Notes under the pieces: generated by a model
The model's database searches: none
Told to the model about the DNA's origin: nothing
Seen by the model: the letters and a program-made list of their open reading frames with translations, nothing else
In this document: piece by piece, positions 40,797-54,200 of the stretch
How positions within the stretch are numbered: the first letter of the stretch is position 1
How the letters are laid out: each line of letters begins with the position of its first letter
Position numbers and translations under genes: made by a program
Assembly: GCA_030141605.1 (NCBI GenBank)
Contig: JAQGDQ010000510.1
Location: 95,463-159,462, forward strand
Direction: 5' to 3'
Length of the DNA: 64,000 nt
Source of the DNA: Tubiluchus corallicola
Taxonomy: Eukaryota > Animalia > Priapulida

Positions 40797-41799
40797 CTGA
40801 AATAAGCAAGAATGTGTGATGAATCTACGTGTAACAAAAATGTTGCCTCAAAAATAAATGATAGTCAATTATAAGTTATAATGATAGGGTAAAAATACCA
40901 GTAAAAGGGAAAACAATTAATTAGTGATAAACTGACAATAACTAATATACAAAAAAGAAACACATTATAATCAACGAAAAATTGGCAAGTCACAAAATAT
41001 GCAAAATACATTTCTGCAACAAAGATTGTTGACTATGTAAATGTTATTAAGTGAAGAAATAAACAAAATACTAATTTCATTAGCAATTAGCAAAATATCA
41101 AAAAGAAAAAATAATAATGCAAGTATTGCATAATATAAACAACATACAAATCAAAAGAGGAAATAGACAATGACATTGAATAACGAAAAGCGTTGCAGCT
41201 ATTTGCCGCATAGGAACACAATCATGCACTGTAAAGATCAGCAAACATCAGAAATATCAAACTACACAAAAATGCTGAGTAAAGTAAACTGTAGAATATA
41301 TAATAAGCTACGGAGCTAGAAGATTTAAAGAATGGTAAGTTTGTTAGGTTAAAACTTTCACACATTGTTTTTATTATTTTTATTGCTTTATTGTATAACA
41401 TTAATCCCAAGGGTTTTAAATAAAAAGATTCAGAATTGGTAATATTAAGTTTATTATAAACTTCTAAGCAGAGTGATTTTTTAATAAAAATCTGATGAGA
41501 TCAATTAAACAAGGATAACGGCTAGAAATTATAGATCCGCAACAACTAGATATTAACCTACTAACTTTTGAACTATGTCACTCAAAAGACAAAGTGAATT
41601 CAATAAGTAAAACCGAGAGAAACGAAATGAGAAGCAGTGAGGAGAAACCAGGCAGCTGGACAAGCAGTCAGCAAGCTCAATATACCTGCTAATGTGCATA
41701 CCCGCTAACCAACATAGAAGTTCGATTGATGATCGCAATACAAAAATTTATCTGCTAATTCACAAAGAACATATGCAGACATTGCTAAGGACAACATAG

Positions 41800-43210
41800 A
41801 GAAATGGAGTTTAGTGAAAAATCGTAAAAAACGAAAAATTTCGATTGTAACCGGCTCAAGAAAACGTGACATTGGATTTGCTAGTACGACACTGAGGTTA
41901 CAGGCCGATACAACAAAAGATGAACTTATTGGTTACTTAAAAGAAAACGGCATCCAGGTAGATCAATGCTACATGACTGCGTGTAAAATAGAAGGGTCAG
42001 TTTCGGCGCGCATACAGCGTGAGGAGAAATATAAAGATGATGTTATGGATCCTGACTTGTGGCTCGAACGTGTTGCAAATACAGAGACGGGCTTTCAAGC
42101 CCCGGGAACAACGCTCTACAGCTGTGGAGGACAGACAAACAAGAAATTATGCAGAAATAGCACTTCATGTGGGATACACATTTTAAAAACCGTTATGTAT
42201 ACCTGCAAAATTTATTATCACAAAATGACATCGTAGCGTGTCAGGAACATTGGTTAACAAATGAAAAGTTTGATAAAATTTGATAAACTGTCGTCAGCAT
42301 ATTTCGTTAATATATTGTCTGCTATGAATGAAAGCTCAGGAATGGTAATACTTATTTGAGGCCACCCATATGGCGCAGTTGCAATGCTTTATAGAAAAAA
42401 ATATAGCTAGGTATGTTAAAACTGTGAAAACTGAAAGTAGTCACCGCTTAGCAATAAAGCTGGATAATGTAATTGGTCGTTGCGACATTATTATAATTAC
42501 CGTGTATGTCCCATATGAGAGTGATGCAAACATTGACAAGACCTAATAGACAGTTACAATAATTGCGACTTTTTAATTGCAGGCGACTTTAATACGGAAA
42601 TTAATCGAGCATAATGTAATCAGAAACTTCTTTCTGAATTTGTATGATCAATTGACTGAGTTTGGGAAGACAATATTGTACCTAACGGTACCCCCCCCCC
42701 CCCGGGTTTACAGAAGCACGGGTAGAGTAACGAATTATCTGAGATAAAATAGGATAAACCTGCGGGCTGTGGCAAGATCAGTATAGTACCCAATTTTGTA
42801 CAAAAACAGGTGTCAGACAAGGAGGTGTATTATCACCGATTTTATATGCAGTATATACAGACGACCTAAACGTCAATTGCGTTCAGCTGGTTACGGTTGT
42901 TATGTGGCAGATAATTTTATAGACACTGTTATGTACGCTGATGACATTGCCTTGTTGTCAGGGTCATGTAGAAACTTACGTGAAATGCTTAAAATCTGTG
43001 AAAAATATGGTATAGAATGGAAACAGACAGTAAAGCATTAGGGTTTTGGTATTTTGACAAGTAATAGTTTTTCTATTGGTGTTTCAAGGTTAATAGGGAA
43101 ATTTATTGGTTCGGTGAACAATATTCTCTCAAGTATGGGCCATAATCGTAATGACATAGTTAATGCATTTTTGTGGCTCAATGCCAGCAAATTATGTAAT
43201 AGATGGTCGA
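41800..43210 (+). mobile_element. Heavily decayed LINE (ORF1 end, endonuclease and RT remnants)
   Basis: QEHWLT, GHPYGAVAML, IAGDFNT and GCYV...VMYADDIALLS fragments. Confidence 0.7.
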
Positions 43211-43364
43211 AAATCAAATACTGTGTGAAAAAGTCTTGCACATTGAGAATTCCAAAGCTGTGGCTCTATGTAAATAACAGTCGAGTAAATTTAAGATTTA
43301 TTTGTTTAAAGGTTGTACTGTAGATCTAAACGAAAATGTAAAATTAAAGGTTAAGAATTCATTT

Positions 43365-43576
43365 AAAGTTTATGTTTCAAGTACCTATTATAGCTTCTTA
43401 CAACATTGTATACTGTAATATATTGTAATATTGTAATTACAAGGGTGCTGAAATATTACAAAGTTGAAAGTTTATGTTTCAAGATACCTATTATAGCTTC
43501 TTACAACATTGTATACTGTAATATATTGTAATATTGTAATTACAAGGGTGCTGAAATATTACAAAGTTGAAAGTTT
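43365..43576. repeat. Near-perfect tandem duplication of ~102 bp
   Basis: AAAGTTTATGTTTCAAG...TTACAAAGTTG starts at 43365 and again at 43467, with a 1-bp indel. Confidence 0.93.
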
Positions 43577-43799
43577 CTGTAGATATGTTACTTTACTAAC
43601 ATCACATTACTTGTTTTACTAACATCTTTGACTTTGTAAGCTGCATGTTTTTATGCGAAATAAACTTGTGACGAAGAATACAACAGAATTTTTTGTTCTT
43701 ATGTGATTTATTTGTATGTTCGTCATTTTATTTTCAAATTTCCTTAAATTTGGAGAGTTGGAAATTTTGTTAATATGGCATTGTCTTTACCCGTCACAG

Positions 43800-44160
43800 A
43801 TAAACCCGTCGGGAAGGAGTTGTTGTAATCAGATAGGAAAAAATTAATGTGGTCTGCAGACGGTCTACTGTTAAAATCTGAAGAGAGATTTGAGGCGTTA
43901 GTGTACAACGAAAATTGGAGTGGCCCTAGGGTTGAGCCTTGTGGAATACCACTAATCATAGTTTACAGATTGAGCTCACATTATTGACAGTGGTGTAGTA
44001 TTGTCTATTGGATATGTGGGGTTCCAGTAAATTTTGTTTGGTACCTCATATGCCATTAATTATCAGTTAAGGTTTTTTATTAGTGTATTGGGTTACACAG
44101 TGTCAAAGGCTTTTGATGTCTAACAATATTCCACAGGTTGTTTGTTATTAAGGTTGGTAA
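43800..44160 (-). mobile_element. Decayed LINE RT fragment
   Basis: KAFDTV and GIPQGSTLGPL on the minus strand. Confidence 0.75.
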
Positions 44161-44555
44161 AATGAGTTGTTGTTATTTGTAAAATCACTTTAAAAGTCAC
44201 TATCATTTCAGACTTGGGCGCTTCCACATTGAGCACAATTAGTACACCCTATGGGGGGTTTGGCTTCAATGCTGTGGCTGTGTCATAACAAAACTTTGAA
44301 AATGGTACCAGCTGTTTTGCCCTGCTGTTTCGCCTGGCATTTAGAATAAAAGAGGGATATTTAGAAATAATAGAATAAGAAATAGAATAAACAAATAAAT
44401 AATAGTCCCTGTTTATGTAGTTGTAGTTGCTAGATAAAATATATTAAAAACAATATACTAAGGGAAGAGATCTGATGTTATCTTTCTGAAATCCAGGATG
44501 CATCACACTGCATCTTAGAAGAAAAATCATTAATTGTTCCAAACATACTACTAAC

Positions 44556-44654
44556 CGTTTCAGCAAATTCTTCAGCTCACTGATTTGTTCTACGTCAGGC
44601 CAGTACGAACCGCCAAATACTAAAAGAATATCGCTCCTAAGTTGCAGGTTAGCT
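44556..44654 (-). CDS. CPED1: CPED1-like exon
   Basis: 99 nt, phase 2-2. DILLVFGGSYW...LLKR matches CPED1 VLVVGGVQW...LKR. Confidence 0.85.
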
Positions 44655-44737
44655 CTAAAAATAATGTTACCACAAGTAATTATTTGTTTCGTGGCGCTAA
44701 ATTACTGATTCGCTAATAGTAGAAGTTTTGCTCTTTA

Positions 44738-44747
44738 TCTCTCTCTC

Positions 44748-44803
<56 letters not shown>
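44738..44803. repeat. (CT)n microsatellite
   Basis: Directly visible. Confidence 0.95.
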
Positions 44804-44805
<2 letters not shown>

Positions 44806-44880
44806 TTCCTTTTGCAGCAGAGTTTCCCACTCAATATTTAAATCTAATCTCTAAATTTAAGTTCAAACTTCGTACGTCAA

Positions 44881-45105
44881 TTTGCCACTACTACCGTTTG
44901 CCACTAGTACAGTTCATCACTAGTACAAATTCGCCAGTGATGTGATTCGCCACAATTACGGTTCGCCAGTGTTAAGTTTGCCAATAATATAGTTCGCTAT
45001 TCGTACAATTCGCTAGTGGTACAGTTCGCCACTACTACGGTTTGCCAGTGGAAGTTTTGCCATGAGGTACAGTTTGCCAGTGTTTTAGTTCGCCATTCAA
45101 ACAGT
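44881..45105. repeat. Degenerate ~16-bp tandem array with TT(C/T)GCCA core
   Basis: About 14 cores spaced 15-17 bp apart with variable linkers. Confidence 0.8.
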
Positions 45106-45545
45106 CCACCATTAAAATTCTTGAACTATGTTATTACCCTATCGCTTTTTTAACAAAAGTGTTTTAGTTCGCAACTTCTACAACTCGCCAGTAAAATTTC
45201 TCTGTCCAGTTAATACTTTATTACTTCTATCAAAATCACCAAAATGATCAAATCTGGATTGAGAATAAGTAAAAGGAAGGGAGTAAGGGAGCAAAAATCG
45301 AAGGAGAGTTATTATAAAGAAAGATATGAGATAAGTGAATGAAATGACGCAAACTATAGAAACTATATAATGTACAAAGTCAACTTACTCCAGTTATTGT
45401 CAGAAATGGGTTCCTGACATTCTTGCAAGGTAATGTGATTTCCAAATAATGCTGAGTGTTAACTAGCACAACATTTTATTCAAATTGCAAAGTAGTTCGA
45501 AACACAATAAAGCAGACTTATGTACTGCAGTTACTTTTTGCTTAC

Positions 45546-45781
45546 CTCTTAATCAGTCGATTGAAACTTTCTTCAATGGTAATGTTCATCATCTGTTTCG
45601 GTATTTGTTTTTGTTTTATTATTGGTGTGCGACAGTATTCAAAGTGGAAACTGGTACCATGCTTTTCTGTTGAGTAAGCGTAGAACTGCAGTGGTTCATG
45701 AATAAAGAGTTTTCCTTCATCATGCCTTCTGAGGAGATCAGTAAACACACCTCTCAAAGTGGAATCGCCTAGAAACAGCAC
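45546..45781 (-). CDS. CPED1: CPED1-like exon carrying the PC-esterase GDS motif
   Basis: VLFLGDSTLRGVF (CPED1 has ILFIGDSTNRGI); 236 nt, phase 0-2; donor AG|GTAAG. Confidence 0.9.
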
Positions 45782-46990
45782 CTAAACGAACATTGAAATT
45801 CGTTGAAGATCAACTTTGCAGAAATATTGCGATCAATTTGATATAATTTAGTTGTGTATTTGCATTTTTGACAAGCATAACTAATATCCCAAAAAGGTTT
45901 ATAATACGTCAGCAAACTTATGACAGGAAATGTGTGGAAAAAGTGGATAAATAATGTTTTTCTTATTATAAAATTTATGGCAAAACTAGCCAATACCACG
46001 AATAAAAAAACTTGCAAAAGTCAATTATCTGGAGGATGTCAGTTTTTTTAAGTATATTAAAGGAAATGACTGATAGTGGAAACAAATTAATTGCACCTCA
46101 ACAAAAAGTTTTAAATAACGTAATAAAAAAGGAGATATTATGGAGGAAAACCCGAACGCTCCTGTGTTTAATCAAACTGTAGAGTCGTGAAACGTGTAGA
46201 ATTTAATATCCTTTGATTTAATGAATCGACGAGTGCGTTGTGACTACTGTTATGAAGGTAAAGGATTTATTTTGCACCAGTTAAAAACTTGAAGAAAACA
46301 TTGCAAGCATAATACGATAAAGTTGAAGAGATAACTGTAAATAAAACAAGCATGATTCCATATGTAATCAATGCCGACTAAACTGAAACTGAACTGAGGA
46401 TCAAAATAATTTTAAACAAATAATTCTCAAAGTCCAAATCTGTGACAGGGAACAACAGAAAAATGTGTCTTTGCATCCACAGCGAATTCTCCGTTGAAAT
46501 TTGGCATTAGTGCACCAAGCAATCTTTTCATTTGGTTTGTGATTCTGAGATTCATCCTTAGACATATACTCCGAATTTAACGAGCTAACATATGAGTTAT
46601 GTTTGAGGTTGGTTAGTTATTCAAAACAATAAGTTCTGTTTATTTAAATGTACCCATATACAACCCGGGGTGTAAGTGAGAAATCTTAATTGGAGAGATT
46701 GGCGGAGCAACCGAACTTCAGTTATTTGCTTGGTGCCTTAAATATGTATTTGTGATCATAATTTAATAAACCATCAAATATTGATATATAAGTTCATCAT
46801 TAACAAGAAATCAGGTAATTGAAAGAGGCTGATATTTCACAAGAACTTTATGAGTTGAGATAACTCGGGCAAGCTGTTGATGAAAAAATGCATCTTCTTT
46901 TGATAAAAAGGGTATTACCGTTGTACTTAAACAAAATTTGCTCAATTCTGAGGCTGGAAACACTGCAATATTATTAATGCATTTACTCAC

Positions 46991-47127
46991 TGTTTTGTGG
47001 TAGAAACAACGTTGTAGGTCGTGGGCGGAAAGTTTAAGGTACTTGCAGAAAACTGGCAACCATGTTGCTTCCCGCCAGTCACATTTTCTCATCTCCTTAC
47101 AAGTAGAACAAGGAACCAGCCACCTAC
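46991..47127 (-). CDS. CPED1: CPED1-like exon
   Basis: GRWLVPCSTCKEMRKCDWREATWLPVFCKY...LQRCF closely matches CPED1 G.W.VPC..C...TCDWREITWQP..C.Y...LQQCL; phase 1-0. Confidence 0.92.
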
Positions 47128-48019
47128 CTTGAAAACATCAGACAATGATGATTATCATCTACAAATTTTCTATGGCATTATGACATCCCTTTAATAGTAA
47201 TTGAAGTCCACCAATGTAAATAATATAGAGTAATTAACATGTAGAAATGACTAAATCACTCAGGTTAATTACCAATCGTTTCCAAAATTCAACATGTGTG
47301 AACAGTTTTCTTAGGTGAGCCAACTAACTGGCTTTTCTTGTACTCTGTTTCATATGGATGTTCAGGCTTTCATTGGCATGCTAACTGATCACCCATTTCG
47401 TAAATGAATACTATAATAAATTTTACTAAATTTTTATCAGAAAAAAAATCCATAGTTGCAAAAAGATGCTTAAGTTGTTTATCCAAATGTGCACTTGTTG
47501 AACAAGTGATTATTTGTAGGACAAATTTAAGTTATTGCTTGCTGTAGAACTTAGAGCCATAATGCTCTGATTTGCTAACTCCACTAGAAAAAAATCATTT
47601 ATGGACAAAGTGTCTTTGAATGATGTCATTCTCTAAGAGCATTCCTCTGTGCTAATTGGACTAACCGATTAAAGGAGAACACGTCTTTATATTTAGCCTT
47701 CTCCAACTTATCACCTTTTTCAAGAAAGCTTGAGAAAGACTCCTTGACTCTAACTAACTACGAAGATAAAAGCAAGTATAAACATAGGCATATGAACACA
47801 TTTCAGAAAGTACTTTTCAGAAGTGCTGAAATTTTGAACAAGATGGCATCTGACTAGTGACCATCGGACAAACAGCTGCTTTACCTTGTAATTAGGTGAG
47901 TTGTAGGCGATCCTTTACATCCAAATCAAGGCTATGAAATGGACATTATGTGGAATAACAAATTTGAACATTATACCCTACACAAATATCTGAATGCCAC
48001 AAGACGAATTGTACCTTAC

Positions 48020-48143
48020 CTTTAGCTGTGCCATTGGTGCAGAGTGGCAGCGTATTTGTCAATTTCAACATGGACTTCCAATTTTTAAATTGTGTTTTAC
48101 GCGCATCGCACGCTTCAGCTCGGTCGAACAATAACCCACAATC
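48020..48143 (-). CDS. CPED1: CPED1-like exon
   Basis: DCGLLF...LPLCTNGTAK(G); 124 nt, phase 0-1. Confidence 0.88.
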
Positions 48144-48403
48144 CTGAAAATGTCATACTGTATTGTGGCATGCTGCTAGTTACTGAATTTATGTAGGTTT
48201 TTACGTTCAAGCTTCAAAGGCTCTCGATTTCAAATTACAGTTTTCTCAAAAATTTGCACTTTAAATAGAAAATTGTTCTGAAAGTTTTAGACTGCATCTG
48301 TTAACTATAGTTATTCCTCATAATTCGGGTTAAAGATTTAGTTTGACTTTTCAGTTTTAGAGCACATTACTTCCACTAATTTTGCATTTTTCCACCTAAA
48401 TAC

Positions 48404-48587
48404 CTGTGTAAGCTTGCAGACTACATGAGGGTCAGATGCGTTAAAAGGTGGTAGATTCTCTGGATAAGCAGGTTTCCTCTTAACCAGAAGCGTATAGGCC
48501 TGCACGATGGTCTTCTGTTGCCCCCTGTTGTATATAAGTTCCATGGTGACGTTCCAAACATCCATGTCAAAAATAAACTTTTGGGGT
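48404..48587 (-). CDS. CPED1: CPED1-like exon (end of cadherin-like beta-sandwich)
   Basis: AYTLLVKR...LPPFN...VCKLTQ, joining to DCGL in the next exon; 184 nt, phase 2-0. Confidence 0.86.
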
Positions 48588-50439
48588 CTGTGCAAGAAAC
48601 AAATGTTAACCAAACAGAACACATTAAACTTACAAGCAGTCACACATGATTTATATTCTGTCAACGTTTCAGTATCATCAGTAAGACGAAAGAGCGAAAA
48701 CTGCAGATTTTATCTAAATTCGATAGTCTGCAGGTTTCTGCATTACGTAACAACCATGAAGGAGGTACTGGTTAAAGTTAAAATATTTTAACTAGTAATG
48801 GATATAAGCCGTCTACAGTGGGGAAATATATCCAGGAGTGCCGTTATTTTGTTTTCTGCAAACTTCAGTAAGCTGGAGGACGCCTGAGATACAAAAAAAC
48901 AACGAACAAAACACAAAAAAACAACGGAAAACCTGGAAACAGCAAACAGTACATTTTGGAAAACATGACATGGACTATAAGATGAGAGAGCATAACGGAA
49001 TATTGGCAACAACAGAAAATATATTTTTCCAATGACACTCTTAATGATGAGAGTTAAATATTTTTTCACAGTTATTATGCTGATTGGAGAAGACGTATTG
49101 GCAGATTGGAATATTGGACTAGCACGCCATGCTTTTGCATGTGTGGGCAGCCAGACAAGAGTAGGTGTGTAAAATTGTGTATTAACTATTTTTAGTTACG
49201 TGGGCGTGGTCAGGTAGTGGGCTGGAATCGTCATACGTGCTGGGCAGGTACATATTAAATAATCTCAGACAATGGAAAGTGATTGATGACCGTGGGTCAA
49301 AGGATAAAGTAAGCATACAGTTTTTTAATAGTTTCCATCTTCTCCTATTTTTTGAATTAGAGCCACAATTTTTGGAATGTGGTTAGGAGGTATCGAGTTC
49401 TTGCATGTGCGGCTGAATATTGATCATTTGGAACATTGAATTGATTTCTTAATTGCCCATTTATTTGTCACATACAGTAACATCATACAACAGAGAGTAA
49501 AGAGAAAGAGAGACAGGGAGAGACGGATGGAAAAAGAACATACAGTCACCGAGCGTCCACCACTCACTCATAACACAATGATAAATTAAAAGGTTATAAA
49601 TTGTAAGATAAATTATAATGGAAAATAATGACCTGGCGTTAGTATATAAGCAACTCATTATATAGCATATTGTTTAATAATAATCAATATTGATAATACT
49701 GGAAATTAATTAGAATTCTTCTAAAATGGGCAATAACAAAATAAACAAAAAAATAATGCAACATATAAGTAGAGTGCAAATAGCCTGTAATAAAGTAATA
49801 AATTTTTTAAATTACTATGACAAGACATACCAAAATAGACAGATATTTAAAAAAAATCTGCAAAATAGGCACTTATAAGAAAAAGTTACAATATTCCGCA
49901 CTCGTGACAAGAATCAGAAAATGTATAATAATGTTATTCACATTGTCACATTACTATACTACTACAACTATAATTACTATAATGTTCTTAATATGCATGC
50001 AGATATGCGGACATATTTTTCTTATTTCATGACAATATATATTTATATTTATACATACATATACCTATCTCTTGGAGGAGGCATACTAAAATATGACCCA
50101 CATCACCGTGTAGCTTCCTACCAAGCACAGGTTGAAGGTTTTTTCTATAGGCTGTTTGATCAAAATTTGCAAGAAAACAGTGAACTCACAAGCTTTGAGT
50201 ACAGGTCGATGTAAGAAAAACAAAATTGACAGCAGAAAAACGAGTAGCTCATCACCGCAATGAATATTAACTGGAATCTCAATAGCTTATAAGGATCTAA
50301 GGAAAAAAAGTGATTGTTGGAATATGGAAAATATCCAAAAAGAGTGCTTAATGAGATTAATAAATGAGACATACAGTGCAAATGGGACTTCTCCTGCTGA
50401 GTTAACGGATCCGCCACAAGACTATTAGACACATGCATG

Positions 50440-50880
50440 TAGCATGCACTTCTGTGAAATCAAAGAGGAATTTTATAAGATGTCACGAAGGATTAATAAG
50501 AAGTTGGAGGGGGTGATTCAAAAAGTAGAAAGGAATTTTATTGTGATTTTCGGTATTTCTGAAGAAGGGAACTTAGTGCTTGAACATTGGCATCATGAAG
50601 GTTCATACATGAACAATAGAACGACGTAAAAAAGTAAACTTAACTTTGAAACGGACTGGTGTATTTGCCCCACCTGTAGTAATTCATCGACTAGGGAAAC
50701 AACAGGAAAGTAGCCCTACAACACGACCATTGATGGTGGAATTTTCATCACACTATGATAGGAATGCTGCTTTGAGAAATACGAAAAAGCTGAAAACAGA
50801 GCAGAGAAATAAGGTCTTCATTAAAGCTGACATGACGAAGACTGAGTTAACTGATTAAAGAGTTAAATGGGAAAAGGAAG
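50440..50880 (+). mobile_element. Decayed LINE ORF1-like (RRM) remnant
   Basis: RNFIVIFGISE...IHRLGK...RPLMVEF...VFIKADMT. Confidence 0.7.
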
Positions 50881-51299
50881 GCGATATCGGTGGTCAAAAC
50901 TTTAGTTAAATTGTGAAGTAATAGACGAAGAGAAGTCAGACACTAGAACTTTTTTAGACATGAACTGAATTTTCTGTATAGCTATAGTAATATTATTATT
51001 TTTTGATTACAAATGGCAGGTGTGATATGTGTAAAGTCCACTTATAAACTGTAAGTTGTGAAAAGTATGATAATTATAGTATTGACAGAGTCGCATTTAT
51101 GCAGACATGGAAACGTTTAGTTTTTTCTGTCTGCCGTGGCTGAATAGTTTTTCGTTATATGATAATATGATAGCCAAGTATATTTTAAAGCATAACTTTG
51201 CACGAGGTCTAGTTTGTTAAAAGATTTCTTGGTAGACTAATTAGTAGGTGACAGTGGTAAGTTAAATGAGGAAGGACCATGAGGACTACAGTTGCACAT

Positions 51300-54200
51300 G
51301 TTGTCAATTAACATTTGCGATATACTTTAAGCGTCTAGTTCACGTATCCGTATCCATTTTCCTACACAAACTTGGCGTGTCGTCTTTGACAGGGTGTTTC
51401 CCCAAATTATATGCACGTTTATTCAACTTTTGAATATCCACGTGATCGCATTTTGTAGAGAGCGCCAGTGGCGCCTGATTCGATGGAAGTACCATGTTCT
51501 TGATGGTTTTAAACCGTATGGTAACAGAGATTATGTTTTTTGAAACAATAGCGAAGTCTAATTGTTTAAGTCAACAATAATTTAACTGTTTCAACGACAT
51601 CAGCTTGTTGTCTGTGCACAGTCCGTGGCTATTTCTCGCTTTATCAGGTTGATATCGTTGTGGATAAAACGTGTCCAGTTGAGCTAACCGACTATTCAAA
51701 TCACCCATAATTATAACCTCTTGCCCTTTCTTAACTGCGTCTAATATAGAATTGTTTAAGTCAACAAAGTGCTGCATAGTATAAAATGAAGATTCTTTTG
51801 GTGAAGTATGAATACCACCTACCAGTACATCATGTAAGCTGGCTATCATAAACCATATTTGTCAACTTTTCCTCTGTCTATGGTCGATACCTCTTTTGCT
51901 AGTTTGTTTGTGACATGCAGTGCAACTCCACCCCTGTGGCCTGTTTCACGTGTTATTTTGCTTCAAATAGATTTCTTCAAATTGACAAAATATCCCGTTT
52001 ACATTCCAAGCAGAAATTTTTAATGAAATACTACTCATTTGTATCTGAAGTTTTTGTTTCTATATCTACCCGGGCTATAAGATCTGTCACCACTATAACC
52101 TCGTCGTGTTTGTCTCGTGCAAGGTTTTTGTTCCGTGACTAATCTGTGTACTAGTTGATCTACTAGAGACTGGGAATTTAGTCCTGTGGTTTGAGTTACA
52201 CTACTGTGACGCTCAGGCTTATTTTAGGCCAGGTTATGTAACTAGTTCCTACTGTTATAATTCCACCATTTATAAAAGAACTTTAGTTAAGATGTTTAAC
52301 GGTATAATGACAGAAGCCAACCTGTTCTGAAATCAGATTTCACCTGTACATTCAGTGATACTGTTTATGCATTACTACTAGATCATGTGATTGAAGCCAC
52401 GTAGACGAAATTTTGGCTGTTCAGTTCGCCCACGTATTCCGCTTTAAGTTGGCGAGTTAAGCGGACGTTCACATGTCATAAAATGATGGTTTAGTAGTAA
52501 TAGTGCTTGCTTGTAGAAAAGCGATCTGTCTACCTGGTTACGACAGAGACGATGGTTGCATTCTAGCGATGATACTTACCTGTTGCTGATTATATTTTCC
52601 TGACGCTGATGATACATCACTTACCAGTTGTCGATGATATCTGCTGCTGATGATACTTACCCGATTTACCTGACGTTGGTGATACTGTCGTTGGTGCTTC
52701 CATGCTGTGATTACAAAATTTGTAATCCTTACCTTGCGACGAGTGCAGGAGCTTGGATGCTACCCCATTTTGGCGTCATATAAGTGGAGGCGTGTACATC
52801 AGGAGTCGTCAAAGTTTGGAGACGTCGTCGTCCACGTAATCAGCTCCATCAAGAGGTAGTGTAGTTCCATGGTGCACCATTCCTCGATCAAGCCCCTGGT
52901 GAGGAGATGCCGCGGAATGGGAGCAGGAGAATAGTCGCTTGATGATGCCAAGACTGGACTGGTGAAAAACATTACGTTGTTCTTTCTCTTCTTAGCCGGC
53001 TTAGTCTTTATTATTAACATTTATCTTGTAATGTGTTTTGAAATATTCATTAAATTGTTATATTACTTTATTGATTCAATGGTTTCTTCTCAGTGTTTTC
53101 GACTAAGTGTTTTATTCTTTACCTAAGGGTTACACTTAAGTCACGAACCACATATTTACAATAACGGAACTTGGACTACATCGTCACAACTACTTTCATC
53201 ACGCTCTGATGTTTTTACTTCTTAAGGTTGGTTTCTATAGCGCTTCTGGTTATCACTTGAATTTTTGCTATTTCTTACTAGTATTGTCTTTAGGTGGGAT
53301 GCGAATATTTTAACGCCATCACTGCTTAGGTGATGTAAATCACTTTGATAAAATCTTGGGGATACACTTGGTTTTGTTTAACTGTTTGCCCATAAGCTAT
53401 CGTGGTTACACAGTATCACGTTTTCGCCACAGAGTTTTGCTCCGACATAGTGTTTAATAGTTTAATTATGCATTTTAGGTTTGCTTTACCTGAGGGGTTT
53501 GCTAAAGAGACAATTAAGCGTTCACATTTTGACTGTAGTAAATCAACAGAGTCACAGTACATATGAACATACTCGCTTAAGTCTAAAACAGCCCTGTCTA
53601 AGTCGTTAACAGCTACATCGATTATAATGACTTTTCTCCACTCTATAGTGGGAATAGCTTGAGGTGCCAGGATCGCTGCATCAACACTTTTTGCTACAGA
53701 GTTTACTATAGAGTAAATAAAAGATCTGTTACCCGTTGAATAGTAATTGTGTGAGGTGACTCGTGTGTGTCTGCATCGTTGCACCCTGAAGACTGGATCG
53801 ATTTTGGTCTCTTTCTAGGAAACCAGTTGTATCTCGGCTTGTTAGCAGTTTGTTGTGTAGGTCGTCGATCATTTTGCTTTTGTTGAAAGACGTTCATTGA
53901 CTGTCTTAATTTCGCTACTTTCTTTTCTTTTCTTTAGGTTTTCTTTTTCCAGTGCCAGCTGATGCATTTGTTCTTGAAGATTCTCTACTTTGTTTCTCAT
54001 GACGGCTTTTTCGTAGTCCTTCTGTTTTAGGTCCATGTTATGTTTTTGCTGTATTTTATTTAATGTCTCTGATCTCTCTGCCTCTAGTCTTCTAATTCAT
54101 GCTTCGCGTCGCTTACTGGAGCAATGTCTTTTCGTTTATTCGCTTCATTTGCTTCTCAGAAACATTTCATTTTCTAATTTATATAACAGCTTGTTTACCT

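Noticed and set aside
44200-44333. Candidate CPED1-like exon
   Set aside because: All three minus frames hit stops. Exon 40697-40796 supplies the expected sequence and phase instead.
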